Source of the DNA: Vulcanimicrobiota bacterium | GTDB taxonomy: Bacteria > Vulcanimicrobiota > Vulcanimicrobiia > Vulcanimicrobiales > Vulcanimicrobiaceae | NCBI GenBank assembly: GCA_963723515.1 | Contig: CAVRQT010000003.1 | Span: 256,001-320,000 of the forward strand | Direction: 5' to 3' | DNA: 64,000 nt | Shown: one piece after another, positions 9,459-20,277 of the stretch | How the letters are laid out: each line of letters opens with the position of its first letter | How positions within the stretch are numbered: position 1 is the stretch's first letter | Translations under genes and position numbers: made by a program | Notes under the pieces: model-generated | Told to the model about the DNA's origin: nothing | Database searches by the model: none | What the model saw: the letters and a program-made list of their open reading frames with translations, nothing else

Positions 9459-10309
9459 CGTTCGCCCAAGCAATTCTGCTTGCGATCTTGCAGGGAGTGA
9501 GCGAGCTATTCCCCGTTAGCAGTCTCGGGCATACGATCTTGGTTCCGGCGCTCTTGCACTGGACGGTGAATCGACGGGATCCGTCATTTCTCGCCTTCAT
9601 CGTCGTCCTGCACTTAGGAACGGCGATCGCCCTTGTGATCTTCTATCGACGCGAGTGGATAGCGCTCGTGCGCGCGTTCGTCGCAAGCATCGTTCGGGGA
9701 CGGCTATCCGGCGAGCGCAATGAACGCATCGCGTGGCTGCTCGTCGTCGGCTCGATTCCCGTCGGAATCCTTGGCGTCTACCTCGAGTCGCCGGTGCGCA
9801 ATCTTTTCGGCTCGGCAGCGTTTGCGGCGATCTTCTTGATGATTAACGCGCTGATCATGTTTGCCGGCGAATTCTTTCGCAAGCGGCAGCATGAAGATCG
9901 CAGCAAGCAATATAAGCGGCTAGAGAAGATGACGTGGATCGAAAGTCTCGGTGTCGGTTTGGCACAGTCGCTCGCACTTTTGCCGGGGATCTCGCGTTCC
10001 GGGTCGTCGATCGTGGCGGGTCTGGCCGTTGATCTCGATCATGAGGATGCAGCGCGTTACTCGTTCTTGCTTGCAACTCCCGTCATCGGGGCGGCTGCGC
10101 TGATCGAGATGCCGCGTCTTTGGGCAGGCGCGCACGTCGTTCCGGTGCAAGCGTTAATAGGTGGAATACTAGCCGGCATCGCCGCGTATCTCTCGGTTGC
10201 ATTTCTCACGAAATACTTTGAGCGCAACGATCTACGTCCGTTCGGCTGGTATTGCTTGATCTTTGGAGCGCTCTGCTTGTGGCTGGCTTATAAAGGAGTC
10301 ATCGTTTGA
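9455..10309 (+). CDS. uppP: Undecaprenyl-diphosphate phosphatase
   Basis: QGVSELFPVSSLGH, LHLGT, PGISRSG; ATG 9455 overlaps the upstream stop. Confidence 0.95.
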   Translation: MTFAQAILLAILQGVSELFPVSSLGHTILVPALLHWTVNRRDPSFLAFIVVLHLGTAIALVIFYRREWIALVRAFVASIVRGRLSGERNERIAWLLVVGSIPVGILGVYLESPVRNLFGSAAFAAIFLMINALIMFAGEFFRKRQHEDRSKQYKRLEKMTWIESLGVGLAQSLALLPGISRSGSSIVAGLAVDLDHEDAARYSFLLATPVIGAAALIEMPRLWAGAHVVPVQALIGGILAGIAAYLSVAFLTKYFERNDLRPFGWYCLIFGALCLWLAYKGVIV

Positions 10310-10494
10310 AAATCGTCGCCCTCGTTATCGCAATCATCTGCTTTGTCATTGCCATCGGCTATGCGCTCGGAGTAATTAATTGGTTTGTTTTCGACCCGAC
10401 GCATAAGCATCACATCAGCCACTTCGCGCTCTTCGTCATACTCGGTGTGCTTGCGCTGATCTGGATGCGCTTCGCCGGTGCGCGCGCGACGTAA
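10306..10494 (+). CDS. Small two-TM membrane protein, unknown function
   Basis: Two hydrophobic helices around a His-rich loop (PTHKHHISH); overlaps both neighbours. Confidence 0.65.
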   Translation: MKIVALVIAIICFVIAIGYALGVINWFVFDPTHKHHISHFALFVILGVLALIWMRFAGARAT

Positions 10495-10969
10495 AGCAGC
10501 GCCTCTCTCGCACGTCCGCGCTGATGGAACGGTTGCGATGGTCGACGTTTCCGCGAAGAAGCCGTCGGCACGAATCGCAAGAGCGCAAGCACGGCTGAAG
10601 CTCTCGCCGCCGGCGGCAAACGCAATTCGCACAGCCGCATTGCAAAAAGGCGATGCGCTTGCGACGGCGCAGATCGCGGGCATCCTGGCTGCAAAACAAA
10701 CGCCGGGGCTGATTCCGTTGACGCATCCAATCCCGCTCTCCGGCGTTGACGTTACATTTGCGTGGGAGAGCAATGTGCTCGTGGTGCAGGCGGAGGCGCG
10801 CACGAACGCGGCAACGGGAGTCGAGATGGAAGCGCTCGTTGCGGTGGCGATTGCGGCCTTAACGATTTACGACATGACGAAATCGATCGCTCGCGGTACT
10901 CGCATCGAACGTTTGGCCCTGCTTGAGAAGCGCGGCGGCAAGAGCGGTTCCTGGAAGGCGAAGCGATGA
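10478..10969 (+). CDS. moaC: Cyclic pyranopterin monophosphate synthase MoaC
   Basis: LSH......MVDVSAK, KGD, AAKQT..LIPLTH, TGVEMEAL, IYDMTK, KRGGKSG. Confidence 0.96.
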   Translation: MRARRKAAPLSHVRADGTVAMVDVSAKKPSARIARAQARLKLSPPAANAIRTAALQKGDALATAQIAGILAAKQTPGLIPLTHPIPLSGVDVTFAWESNVLVVQAEARTNAATGVEMEALVAVAIAALTIYDMTKSIARGTRIERLALLEKRGGKSGSWKAKR

Positions 10970-11448
10970 AATACCGCGCTGCACTGATCGTACTCTCCGA
11001 TCGCGCCGCGTCGGGGGAGCGTCCGGACCAATGCCTTCCGATCATGAAAGATCGCTTGGGAGCAGCGTACGACATCGTTCATGAGAGCGTCATACCGGAC
11101 GATGCGAGTGCGTTGCAGGCACAACTGATCGATCTCGCGGATCGCAACGTTGCCTCGCTGATCTTGACCAGTGGCGGCACCGGACTCTCGCCGCGCGATC
11201 GCACGCCGCAGACGACCGCCGCAGTGATTGACTATGAGGTGCCGGGCATCGGCGAAGCAATTCGGAGCTACTCCTTGGGCATCGTGCGCAGCGCGATGCT
11301 TTCACGCGCAGTCGCCGGAGTGCGGCATCGAACGCTCATCGTCAACCTTCCGGGCAGTCCGAAGGCGGTCGCGGAATCTCTAGACGTCATCGTGCCGGTG
11401 TTGCCGCATGCCATTGAGCTACTGACCGATGAGGTCGTCGACGGATGA
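10966..11448 (+). CDS. mog: Molybdopterin adenylyltransferase, MogA/MoaB family
   Basis: SDR...G.R.D, TSGGTGLSPRD.TP, AMLSR, NLPGSPKA. Confidence 0.92.
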   Translation: MKYRAALIVLSDRAASGERPDQCLPIMKDRLGAAYDIVHESVIPDDASALQAQLIDLADRNVASLILTSGGTGLSPRDRTPQTTAAVIDYEVPGIGEAIRSYSLGIVRSAMLSRAVAGVRHRTLIVNLPGSPKAVAESLDVIVPVLPHAIELLTDEVVDG

Positions 11449-12776
11449 ATTACGAGCAGGCCGAGGCCTATCTTTACGGCACGGTCAGCGAGATCGTCTC
11501 GCCGCGGGTTCCGTATCGTTTAGATCGGATGCGCTTCTTTCTTGAAGCGCTCGGTAATCCTCAGCGCCGCTATCCGTCGTTGCACATCGGCGGCACGAGC
11601 GGCAAGAGCTCGACCGCTACGATGGCCGCAGCTGTCTTGACCGCCGGCGGAAAGCGTTGCGGGTTGCATACGAAACCGCACCTCGAATCGATGACGGAGC
11701 GCGCGAGAATCGATGGCATCGCAATTTCACGCGAACGGTTCGCTCAGTTGCTGACCGAGATGGAAAGCGCGATCGATGAAGTGGCGCGCGAGTACAGCCG
11801 GCCATCCTACTACGAAACACTACTCGCCTTGGGGTTCTTGCATTTTGCGATCGAGCAGGTTGAAATCGCGGTGATCGAGGTCGGCCTTGGCGGCACGCTC
11901 GATGGCACGAATGTGATCACGCCGCTCGTCAGCGTCATCACGAACGTCGGGCTCGACCACACCGACGTGCTCGGCGACACTCTCGAAGAGATTGCATCCG
12001 ACAAGGTTGGGATTGCGAAACCCGGCGTGCCGCTGGTCACCGCCGTCTCCGATGCGGGTGCGGAACGCGTCATTCGTGCCGGTTGCGCAGCCGTTGGTGC
12101 GCCATATGTTTCTGTGCAATCGCAGGTTTGCGCGGTCACGCAGCAGTTTGAGGGACAATACGGACAACGCTTTACGCTGGAGACCAACCAGGCGAAGTAC
12201 AAAATCGAGATGCCCTTGCTCGGTGATTTTCAGATTCGAAATGCGGAAGCGGCGGTTGTTGCGCTCGAACAGTTGCCGGCTCTCTGCCGTCCGGGCGCGA
12301 CGGATGTGGAACGGGGCTTCGAAAGGGTCCACATTGCGGGACGCATGGAGGTGCTGCCTGGAAACCCGACGGTCGTCTTCGACATCGCGCATAACGCTGA
12401 TAAGGCGCAAAGTTTTGCGCAAGCGCTTCGCGCACATTTTGGGACCGGCCATCGCTATTGGTTTGTCATCGCGATTGGCGAACGCAAAGACGCAAAGGAT
12501 CTTCTGGCGGCGTTCAACGACTTCGAAGGCTCGTTCATTTTCACGACGTTCAGTGCGGTCGGAAGAACGGCTGCAAAGCCACAGCGGCTGGCGAGCATCG
12601 CGCAAGACCTCGGCATCTGGGGGCGAGAAATCAACGATCCGGTCGAAGCGCTCTCCGTTGCGCGCCGTAATGCGGAGCCCGGGGACATCGTCGTTGTAAC
12701 GGGCTCGACGTTCGTCGTCGCGCAACTGCGCGCGTGGTGGCTTGAAAACGTCGGTACGCAAGCCCCAGCGCGATAA
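11445..12776 (+). CDS. folC: Folylpolyglutamate synthase / dihydrofolate synthase
   Basis: HIGGTSGKSST, EVGLGG.LD.TN, GLDH...LG, GRME, D.AHN. Confidence 0.95.
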   Translation: MNYEQAEAYLYGTVSEIVSPRVPYRLDRMRFFLEALGNPQRRYPSLHIGGTSGKSSTATMAAAVLTAGGKRCGLHTKPHLESMTERARIDGIAISRERFAQLLTEMESAIDEVAREYSRPSYYETLLALGFLHFAIEQVEIAVIEVGLGGTLDGTNVITPLVSVITNVGLDHTDVLGDTLEEIASDKVGIAKPGVPLVTAVSDAGAERVIRAGCAAVGAPYVSVQSQVCAVTQQFEGQYGQRFTLETNQAKYKIEMPLLGDFQIRNAEAAVVALEQLPALCRPGATDVERGFERVHIAGRMEVLPGNPTVVFDIAHNADKAQSFAQALRAHFGTGHRYWFVIAIGERKDAKDLLAAFNDFEGSFIFTTFSAVGRTAAKPQRLASIAQDLGIWGREINDPVEALSVARRNAEPGDIVVVTGSTFVVAQLRAWWLENVGTQAPAR

Positions 12777-13614
12777 GCGTCGCGGCGCCCTGCAGCTGCG
12801 CGGGCGCACGCTGCCGTGGGGCGAGCGAACCTACTTGATGGGTGTCGTCAACGTGACGCCCGATTCATTCTCAGGCGACGGCCATCTCGAGCGCAGTGAT
12901 GCAATCGCCCATGCGCTCGAACAGCATTCGAAGAGCGCCGATATCATCGACATCGGTGCGCAGTCGACTCGTCCGGGATATACGCCGATTTCAGCGGAGG
13001 TTGAAGCGGAGCGGCTCTTACCCGTCCTTCAGGGCGTTCGCAAACAACTGTCCGACGCGATCATCTCCGTGGACACTTTTGAGGTTTCCGTGGCGAATGC
13101 GGCCGCCGACGCCGGCGCCGACATCTTGAACTCAATTTGGGGCCTTTCCAACGACCTGCTCTCGGTCGCGCTGCAGCACGAGATGCCGTTCGTCATCATG
13201 CATAACAAAGACGTGGCAGCCTATAAAGGCGACGTCGTGGACGAAGTGCTCAGGTTCTTAGAAAACGGGGCGCAACGCGCTCTTCGTGCCGGCATGCGCG
13301 AGGAGCATATTATCCTCGACCCTGGCATCGGATTCGGAAAACTGCCCGAAGACAATATGTCGGTCTTGCGCGAGCTAGAACGAGTCGTCGCGCTCGGATT
13401 CCCAACCTTGCTCGGAACATCTCGCAAATCGATGATCGGTAAGCTGACCGGCCGGCGAGCGGAGGAGAGGGTCTTGGGAACGGCCGCGACCGTCGCGCTC
13501 GCGATTGCGGCGGGCATCGACGTCGTTCGCGTCCACGATGTGCGTGAAATGCGCGACGTCATCGACGTCTGCGATGCGATCGAACGCGGATGGCGGCCGC
13601 AAGAATGGATGTAA
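12742..13614 (+). CDS. folP: Dihydropteroate synthase
   Basis: MGVVNVTPDSFSGDG, STRPG, DPGIGFGK, GTSRKS, VRVHDV. Confidence 0.96.
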   Translation: MKTSVRKPQRDKRRGALQLRGRTLPWGERTYLMGVVNVTPDSFSGDGHLERSDAIAHALEQHSKSADIIDIGAQSTRPGYTPISAEVEAERLLPVLQGVRKQLSDAIISVDTFEVSVANAAADAGADILNSIWGLSNDLLSVALQHEMPFVIMHNKDVAAYKGDVVDEVLRFLENGAQRALRAGMREEHIILDPGIGFGKLPEDNMSVLRELERVVALGFPTLLGTSRKSMIGKLTGRRAEERVLGTAATVALAIAAGIDVVRVHDVREMRDVIDVCDAIERGWRPQEWM

Positions 13615-13976
13615 TCGAAATTCGTGGGATTCGCGCGTTCGGCAAACATGGCGCCGACGAGCCGGAACGTTCACACGAGCAGCCGCTGGATATAGATGTT
13701 CGTCTGGAGATTGATTTGAGCGCCGCCTCGTCAAGCGACGATCTAGAAGCGACGCTCGACTATGCAAAACTTCACGCGCGGATCCTGAGCACCGTGCGCG
13801 AGCAGTCATATCATTTGCTCGAACGCCTCGCAGCCGAACTCCTGAAAACCATCTTCGATGATGTTCGCGTGGCTCGTGCCCAAGTCGCTATTGCGAAGCC
13901 CGCCATTCTCGGCGGGGCGACGCCGCGAGTACGACTGCGCAAGAAAAATCCCCGCTATCTTGGACCATGCCGATAA
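13605..13976 (+). CDS. folB: Dihydroneopterin aldolase
   Basis: MDVIEIRGI...G.HG...ER, SDDL..TLDY, LLERLA, KP. Confidence 0.93.
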   Translation: MDVIEIRGIRAFGKHGADEPERSHEQPLDIDVRLEIDLSAASSSDDLEATLDYAKLHARILSTVREQSYHLLERLAAELLKTIFDDVRVARAQVAIAKPAILGGATPRVRLRKKNPRYLGPCR

Positions 13977-14842
13977 CTGCCATCGGAATCGGGTCCAATC
14001 AAGGCGACGCTCGAGCGAACGTCACCGCAGCCTTCAACATGCTGCGTGAAATCGGCGACGTCACCGCAACCTCGCGGCTCTACCGAACGCGTCCGTGGGG
14101 TGTCAAAGATCAACCGGAGTTCATCAACGCGGCGGCGTTGGTCGAAACGACGCTCACGCCACACGAGTTGTTGCACGCCCTGCAATCGCTGGAACGCAAA
14201 CTTGGCCGCCGCCCAACGTATCGGTGGGGACCCCGCGTCATCGATCTCGACATTCTGTACTATGACGACGAGCGGATCGATGCATCCGACTTAGTCATTC
14301 CGCATCCGCGCATCTTGGAGCGCCAATTCGTTCTCGCGCCGCTCGCCGACATCGATCCGCGTTATGGTAATATCGCGCGCTCAGGATACGATGCGCAACC
14401 CGGCGAATGCACCCCGCTCATGCCTGAAGAGAGCGAAGATGTGACGATGCGAGTTCGCCGTCTCGTCGATGCATTCGAGCAAACGGACCTGATCGGCTTG
14501 CGGATCAGCGATGCGAATGGTGATGCGATCGAGCTTCGCCGTGCGCCCCGGAGCGCTTCCGATACAGAGCAAGATGGGTCGCAGCGCAAGTCATTCGAAG
14601 ATCGCAACCGAATCCCGGTGGACGTCATAAAAGCGAATCTCGTCGGTATCGCGCATCTTATCAAACCCGTTCCGCCGACCGGCACGCAACTCGATGGCGA
14701 GCGGGAACTTGCGTACGTCGAAGCGCTCGGCATTCGCAATGCCGTCGTCGCGCGAGGTCCAGGCCGACTTCATGCAGTTCTCGTTGACGACGGGCAGCCG
14801 GTCGAATACGGTCAACCACTCTTCGAGATCGCGCGGCCTTGA
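13967..14842 (+). CDS. folK: HPPK (FolK) fused in frame to a BCCP/AccB-like domain lacking the biotinyl Lys
   Basis: GIGSNQGD, QPEFINAA, RWGPRVIDLDIL, LVIPHPRI.ER.FVL.PL; C-terminal YVEALGIRN...GQPVEYGQPLF. Confidence 0.88.
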   Translation: MPITAIGIGSNQGDARANVTAAFNMLREIGDVTATSRLYRTRPWGVKDQPEFINAAALVETTLTPHELLHALQSLERKLGRRPTYRWGPRVIDLDILYYDDERIDASDLVIPHPRILERQFVLAPLADIDPRYGNIARSGYDAQPGECTPLMPEESEDVTMRVRRLVDAFEQTDLIGLRISDANGDAIELRRAPRSASDTEQDGSQRKSFEDRNRIPVDVIKANLVGIAHLIKPVPPTGTQLDGERELAYVEALGIRNAVVARGPGRLHAVLVDDGQPVEYGQPLFEIARP

Positions 14843-14864
14843 CTACTACCACTTCACGTAGCCT

Positions 14865-14887
14865 GTCACCCCGAGCTTGTCGAGGGG
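14865..14887 (+). repeat. Dispersed variant of the GIY-YIG-associated hairpin repeat
   Basis: GTCACCCC-GAGCTTGTCGA-GGGG; loop identical to the 34.8 kb repeats, stem changed to CCCC/GGGG. Confidence 0.75.
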
Positions 14888-14890
14888 GCC

Positions 14891-16244
14891 GTGTTTAGAA
14901 AGGTCTTGATCGCCAATCGCGGCGAGATCGCGCTTCGAATCAACCGCGCATGTCAAGAATTGGGCGTGTCAACGGTCGCGATTCATTCCGAGGCGGATCG
15001 GAGCTCGCTTCACGTTCGGCAAGCGAACGAAGCATTTTGCGTGGGTCCGGGGTCGGCCGCGCACTCCTATCTCAATATTCCGAACATCATCTCGACGGCA
15101 TTGATTACCGGCGCCGACGCTGTTCATCCCGGCTACGGATTTTTAGCCGAGAACGCTCGTTTTGCGGAGATCTGCGCCGACCATGGGCTCGTCTTCATCG
15201 GCCCACCACCGGATGTCATCGCATTGATGGGTGATAAGGCGAACGCGAAGCGTGTCATGGCGCAGAGCGGCGTTCCGACGACTCCCGGAACGGAAGTTCT
15301 TGAAACGGCCGCCGATGCGGCGCATGCCGCTGAAAAGATCGGCTTCCCAGTTCTCTTGAAAGCGACGGCCGGCGGCGGCGGCAAGGGCATGCGCGAGGTC
15401 GACGCTTCGGATCAGATGGAGCGGACCTTTGCGATGGCGCAAGCGGAGGCGGAAGCGAATTTTAACGACGGCCGGCTCTATTTAGAGAAGCTGATCGAAC
15501 ATCCGCGGCACATTGAAGTTCAAGTTTTGGGCGATACGTTCGGCAACATCGTGCATCTCGGGGAGCGCGACTGCTCGATTCAAAAGCCATCGCACCAAAA
15601 ATTGATCGAGGAAGCGCCCGCGGCGAATCTCGCCGGAGCGCGTGCGGCGAACGCTGCAAGAGACGGCCGTTCGCGCCGCAGTAGCCGTCAAATATACCAA
15701 TGCCGGAACGCTGGAATTCCTCGTGAGCGATCGGCAGGCGTATTTCATGGAGATGAACACGCGCATTCAAGTCGAGCATCCGGTGACGGAAATGGTCTAT
15801 GGCATCGACCTCGTCAAGGAGCAGATTCGCATTGCGGCCGGCGAGGCGCTCGGTTACGCGCAGGGCGACCTGCGTGCAAGAGGCCACGCGATCGAGTGCC
15901 GGCTGAACGCCGAGGATCCGACGCGCAATTTTGCGCCCGTCGCCGGTACGCTGACCGATGTCGTCTTTCCGGGCGGCCCGGGAATTCGCGTTGATACGCA
16001 CGCTTATTCCGGCCTCGAAGTCCCGCCGTTTTACGATTCGATGCTTGCCAAGGTGATCGCATTCGCCGATACGCGTGAAGCGGCGATCGCTCGGATGGAA
16101 CGTGCGCTCAAAGAAACCGTAATAGAGGGCGTGGCCACGACGATAGCCCCGTGCCTCGGCGTGCTCGCCTCGCGTGCGTTTCGTTCAGGCAATTACGGGA
16201 TCGATTTTCTGCCGTCGTTCATTCACGAGTCGACGGCTGCCTAA
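14891..16244 (+). CDS. accC: Acetyl-CoA carboxylase biotin carboxylase subunit, frameshift near 15640
   Basis: KVLIANRGEIA, HPGYGFLAEN, GGGGKGMR, then EMNTRIQVEHPVTE, CRLNAEDP, YDSMLAK. Confidence 0.95.
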
Positions 16245-16249
16245 TTGCA

Positions 16250-16675
16250 ATGCCGACCCGCCGCATGGCTCGAGAGCTGGCCCTACAGACGCTCTTCAGC
16301 GTCGAAGTCGGACATCAGCCGCCTGACGATGCGCTCACGCAAACATTCACGCATAGCGGCAGCCGGGGTGCCCAACGCGCGTTCATTCAGGATCTGGTCT
16401 TTGGAACGCTCGAGCACTCCGAGGAAAGCGATCGCGAATTCTCGCCGCTGCTCGAGGGTTGGACGATCGATCGCTTGCCGACGATCGATCGGCTTCTGCT
16501 GCGCATGAGCCTTTTTGAACTGCGCCACCGGCCACAAATTCCGCGCGCCGTCGTCATCAACGAGGCGGTGGAACTCGCGAAGAAATTCTCGACGGACGAC
16601 TCGGGCCGCTTCATCAACGGCGTGCTCTCGGCCGCGTGCAATGGCCGTCCAACGAAAGCCGATGCAACGCACTAG
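16250..16675 (+). CDS. nusB: Transcription antitermination factor NusB
   Basis: RRMARELALQTLF, W...RL..IDR..LR, VVINEAVELAKKFS, FINGVL. Confidence 0.96.
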   Translation: MPTRRMARELALQTLFSVEVGHQPPDDALTQTFTHSGSRGAQRAFIQDLVFGTLEHSEESDREFSPLLEGWTIDRLPTIDRLLLRMSLFELRHRPQIPRAVVINEAVELAKKFSTDDSGRFINGVLSAACNGRPTKADATH

Positions 16676-18727
16676 ATTTCGCACCGATTACGTGCGGCCT
16701 GTGAGGCGCCCGTTGCCTTTGTGGTGGCGCATTTTGGCGGTCTGCCTCTGCGTGATCTTCTTCATCGGGCTCTTCGCCGCAGGGACGATCGCCGGCGTGA
16801 TCGCTTCGTACTCGCAAAATTTGCCCGACATCAACCGTATGGCGGATTTTCAACCGGAACGTTCGACGCGTCTGTACGCGCGCGACGGGACGCTGCTCGC
16901 AAACCTCTATCGGCAGAATCGCATCTGGGTACCGATCAACAAGATTCCACCGATCGTTCGTGACGCGTTCATTGCGGTCGAAGACGAGCATTTTTACCAG
17001 CATCACGGCGTCGATTTTCAAGGCATAGCGCGCGCCGCGATCGCCGACTGGCGGCACGAGCGCTTCCAAGGCGCATCGACGATCACGCAGCAGCTCGCGC
17101 GCGCGCTCTTCCTTTCCGGTGAAGTCTCGGTATCGCGCAAGATTCAGGAAGCGCTGCTGGCGATGGAAATCGAGCGCTTTTATACGAAGGACGAAATCCT
17201 CGAACGCTACCTGAACATGATCTATTTCGGCTCCCAAGCCTATGGAGTCGAGGCGGCCGCGCATACGTACTTTGGAAAGAGCGTCCAAAATTTGAGCGTT
17301 GGGCAGGCGGCATTGCTTGCCGGTTTGCCCGCCGCGCCGTCGGACTACTCACCGTATGTCAATCTTTCGCATGCTAAGCAGCGGCAAACGCACGTTCTCG
17401 ACCGGATGGTCGCGGGTGGCTACCTGACGCAGGCGCAGGCGGCGGCGGCATATGCTGAGCCGTTGCATTTAGCGGGTGAACGCAGCCCCGGTTTCAGGGC
17501 TACGCTTATCCGTATTTCACGACGTACGCAATCAACCAACTCGAAAAGACGTTCGGGCGACAAGCAACGTACGAAGCGGGCTTGCAAGTGTACACGACGC
17601 TCGATCCCAAACTGCAAAAACTTGCGCAAGATTGCGTCAATTGGGGCGTGCAGAGCGCAATTGCGGAAGGCATCGGCGCCGATCAAGAGGCGCTCGTCGC
17701 GATCCGTCCGTCAACGGGAGAGATTCTCGCGATGGTCGGCGGCGCCGGCGGCTTTCTCGCTGCACAACCAATTCAACCGCGCGTGGCAAACGCGCCGCCA
17801 GCCGGGTTCTTCCTTTAAAGTGTACGTTTACACCGCTGCAATCGACAGCGGCATGCCGCCGACCGCAATCATGGAAGATACGCCGGTTTCTTACCCGATG
17901 GGCGACGGTACGCTGTGGGAACCGAAGGACGACGATCTGAGCTATATGGGTGCGATCCCGCTGCGAACGGCGCTCGCGCAATCGCGCAATATCGTCGCCG
18001 TCAAACTGGCGCAATTGCTCGGCGTCGACCGCGTGATCGCGTATGCGCAACGGATGGGCGTCCGCTCGCCGCTCGAAGCGAACCTTTCACTTGCGCTCGG
18101 CACTTCGGGCGTGAGTCCGCTCGACATGGCCTCCGGCTTCTCGACCTTAGCCAATCAGGGCGTGCACATTGAGCCCTCGCCGTTTCGGATCGTCAAAGAT
18201 TCGCTCGGGACGATGATTCTCGACAACCGCTTTCCGCAACAGACCGAAGTGGTCGGCGCGGGCACCGCATACATCATGGACTCGATGATGGAAAGCGTCA
18301 TCCAATCGGGCACCGGAATCGAATGCGCAAAATCGGACGGCCCGCAGCCGGCAAGACCGGAACGACCTCGAGCTTCCGCGATGCCTGGTTCGTCGGGTTC
18401 ACGCCGGATCTCGTGGCGGCGGTTTGGCTGGGCAACGACGATTACGCGCCGATGAACGAATCGTACGGGGGGAATATCCCGGCGCGAACCTGGGCGCGTT
18501 TCATGGAAGCGGCGCTTGCCAAGACGCCCAAACATGATTTTCCGTTCCCGAGCGGCGAGGTCGTGAAAGTTGCCAACTGCGGCGGCGGCTACGAATACTT
18601 TCTGCCCGGCACGGAGCCGCTGAGCCGTTGCGCGAGCCCGGGCTCCGAGCGCCGCGTCGACATCAATGCGTACCAGCCGCCCGAGGGAGCTGCAACGCTG
18701 CAGCCTTTACCGACCGCGACGCCATGA
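16662..18727 (+). CDS. Class A penicillin-binding protein (PBP1A family), frameshifts near 17490, 17755 and 18320
   Basis: EDEHFYQH.G, GASTITQQLAR, RKIQE, RQPGSSFK, SRN, then AGKTGT...DAWFVGFTP in the 18323 frame. Confidence 0.93.
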
Positions 18728-20277
18728 ACACTCCCATGCGGCAACAAGCCACCAATGCGATGCCGCTCACGGTGAGCCAATTTGTCCGAGGGGTCGATAC
18801 GTTTTTCAAAAAACACAGTGTACTCAGCAGCTTGGCCATCGCCGGCGAAATATCGGGGTACGCGCCGGTACACAGTGGTTCTATCTTTTTTAAGCTCAAA
18901 GATGAAGACTGCAGCCTCGAGTGCTTTGTGTCTAGAGCGAACGTGCTGGAGCTGCCCGCTCTTCGAAATGGCTTAGAAGTGATTGCCCGCGGCGGAATGT
19001 CGCTTTGGGCGGACGGCCGGTGCACAATGCTTGTCCGCCAGGTCACGCTAACCGGCGAGGGCGCACTCTTCGCGCGTCAGGAAGAGCTGCGTAAGCGGCT
19101 TGAGCGCCAAGGCGTTTTCTCCAGTGCACGTAAAAGAAACTTGCCGCCATATCCGTTCGCAATAGCGATTGTTACGCGACGCGGAAGCCATGCCGAAAGT
19201 GACTTTCGCGCGAAGATGGTTCGAGCGAGCCATATTACTGTAACGACTGTCGATTCACCGGTTCAAGGTGCTGTGGCTGGTCCCGAGATTGCAAACGCAA
19301 TTGAGCGCGCTAACCAAATGCCAGTGGATTTGATCGTTTTAGCGCGAGGCGGTGGATCGCTTGAAGAACTCTTTGGATTCAGCACGGAACCAGTGGTTAC
19401 CGCGATCGTCCAAAGTAACATCCCGGTCGTCACCGGGATAGGCCACTCGGCGCATAAAATGCTCGCCGATCTGGCCGCCGATAGAGTGTTCGACACGCCG
19501 GGAGACGTTGCAAGCTATATCGTTGAATGCACGCAGTCAACTCTGCAGAAGCTGACAATTTGCCAACGTGACCTAAGCAGAGACGCCGAACGCGCGCTGG
19601 CCCTAGCCGCTGACAAGGTCGGCGGTGCGCTTCGCCGATTGGGTTCAGCCGGTCAGGTGTATCTGAACCAGAGGATGAGCAAGCGCGAGAGGCTCCATCA
19701 TCTACTTGTCGAGCTCAGACCGTCCGCTGAAATGTCCCGCCGAAATAGCCGGCTTGCGGCCGCTCGGGCGCGCCTTTTAGCGGTTCGTAGAAATGGGCTG
19801 AAGCCTTTTCATCGGCAACTAAAAAGCATCGAGCGGCAACTTGTGCCAAGCGTCCGCAGAAGCGTATCATTGTTGATGGCGCGTCACCAATCGTGCAAAT
19901 CGCAGCTGCACGCGAACAACCCAGCCGCTTCCGTAACCCAAGCCAAAAGACTGCTGCGCGGACACGCGCAGCAGTTGCATAGGCTGCGTCGTCGCGGCCT
20001 CGAGCCGTCTAGAGTATTTGTGCGATCGGCGCATGGGCGGCTGCTCCAGATATCAAAGGACAATGTGATGGCGTGCGAGGCTCGATATCGGCTTAGCGCT
20101 TCAAAGCTGGGAACACTCGATCCTAAAGCAATTCTCAGGCGTGGGTACGCTATAGTCCGAAGAGATGGCAAGGTCGTTAAAGATTCACGCTTGCTGACAA
20201 CCGGTTCTTGCGTTGAGGCCGAACTTGCGCGCGGGGTCATAGGTGCACGCGTTGAAAGCATCAGGAATGCCAGATAA
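18724..20277 (+). CDS. xseA: Exodeoxyribonuclease VII large subunit
   Basis: GEISG....SG.IFFKLKD OB fold, ARGGGSLEEL..F, GIGH, AD....TP, C-terminal P.AIL.RGYAIV. Confidence 0.92.
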   Translation: MNTPMRQQATNAMPLTVSQFVRGVDTFFKKHSVLSSLAIAGEISGYAPVHSGSIFFKLKDEDCSLECFVSRANVLELPALRNGLEVIARGGMSLWADGRCTMLVRQVTLTGEGALFARQEELRKRLERQGVFSSARKRNLPPYPFAIAIVTRRGSHAESDFRAKMVRASHITVTTVDSPVQGAVAGPEIANAIERANQMPVDLIVLARGGGSLEELFGFSTEPVVTAIVQSNIPVVTGIGHSAHKMLADLAADRVFDTPGDVASYIVECTQSTLQKLTICQRDLSRDAERALALAADKVGGALRRLGSAGQVYLNQRMSKRERLHHLLVELRPSAEMSRRNSRLAAARARLLAVRRNGLKPFHRQLKSIERQLVPSVRRSVSLLMARHQSCKSQLHANNPAASVTQAKRLLRGHAQQLHRLRRRGLEPSRVFVRSAHGRLLQISKDNVMACEARYRLSASKLGTLDPKAILRRGYAIVRRDGKVVKDSRLLTTGSCVEAELARGVIGARVESIRNAR

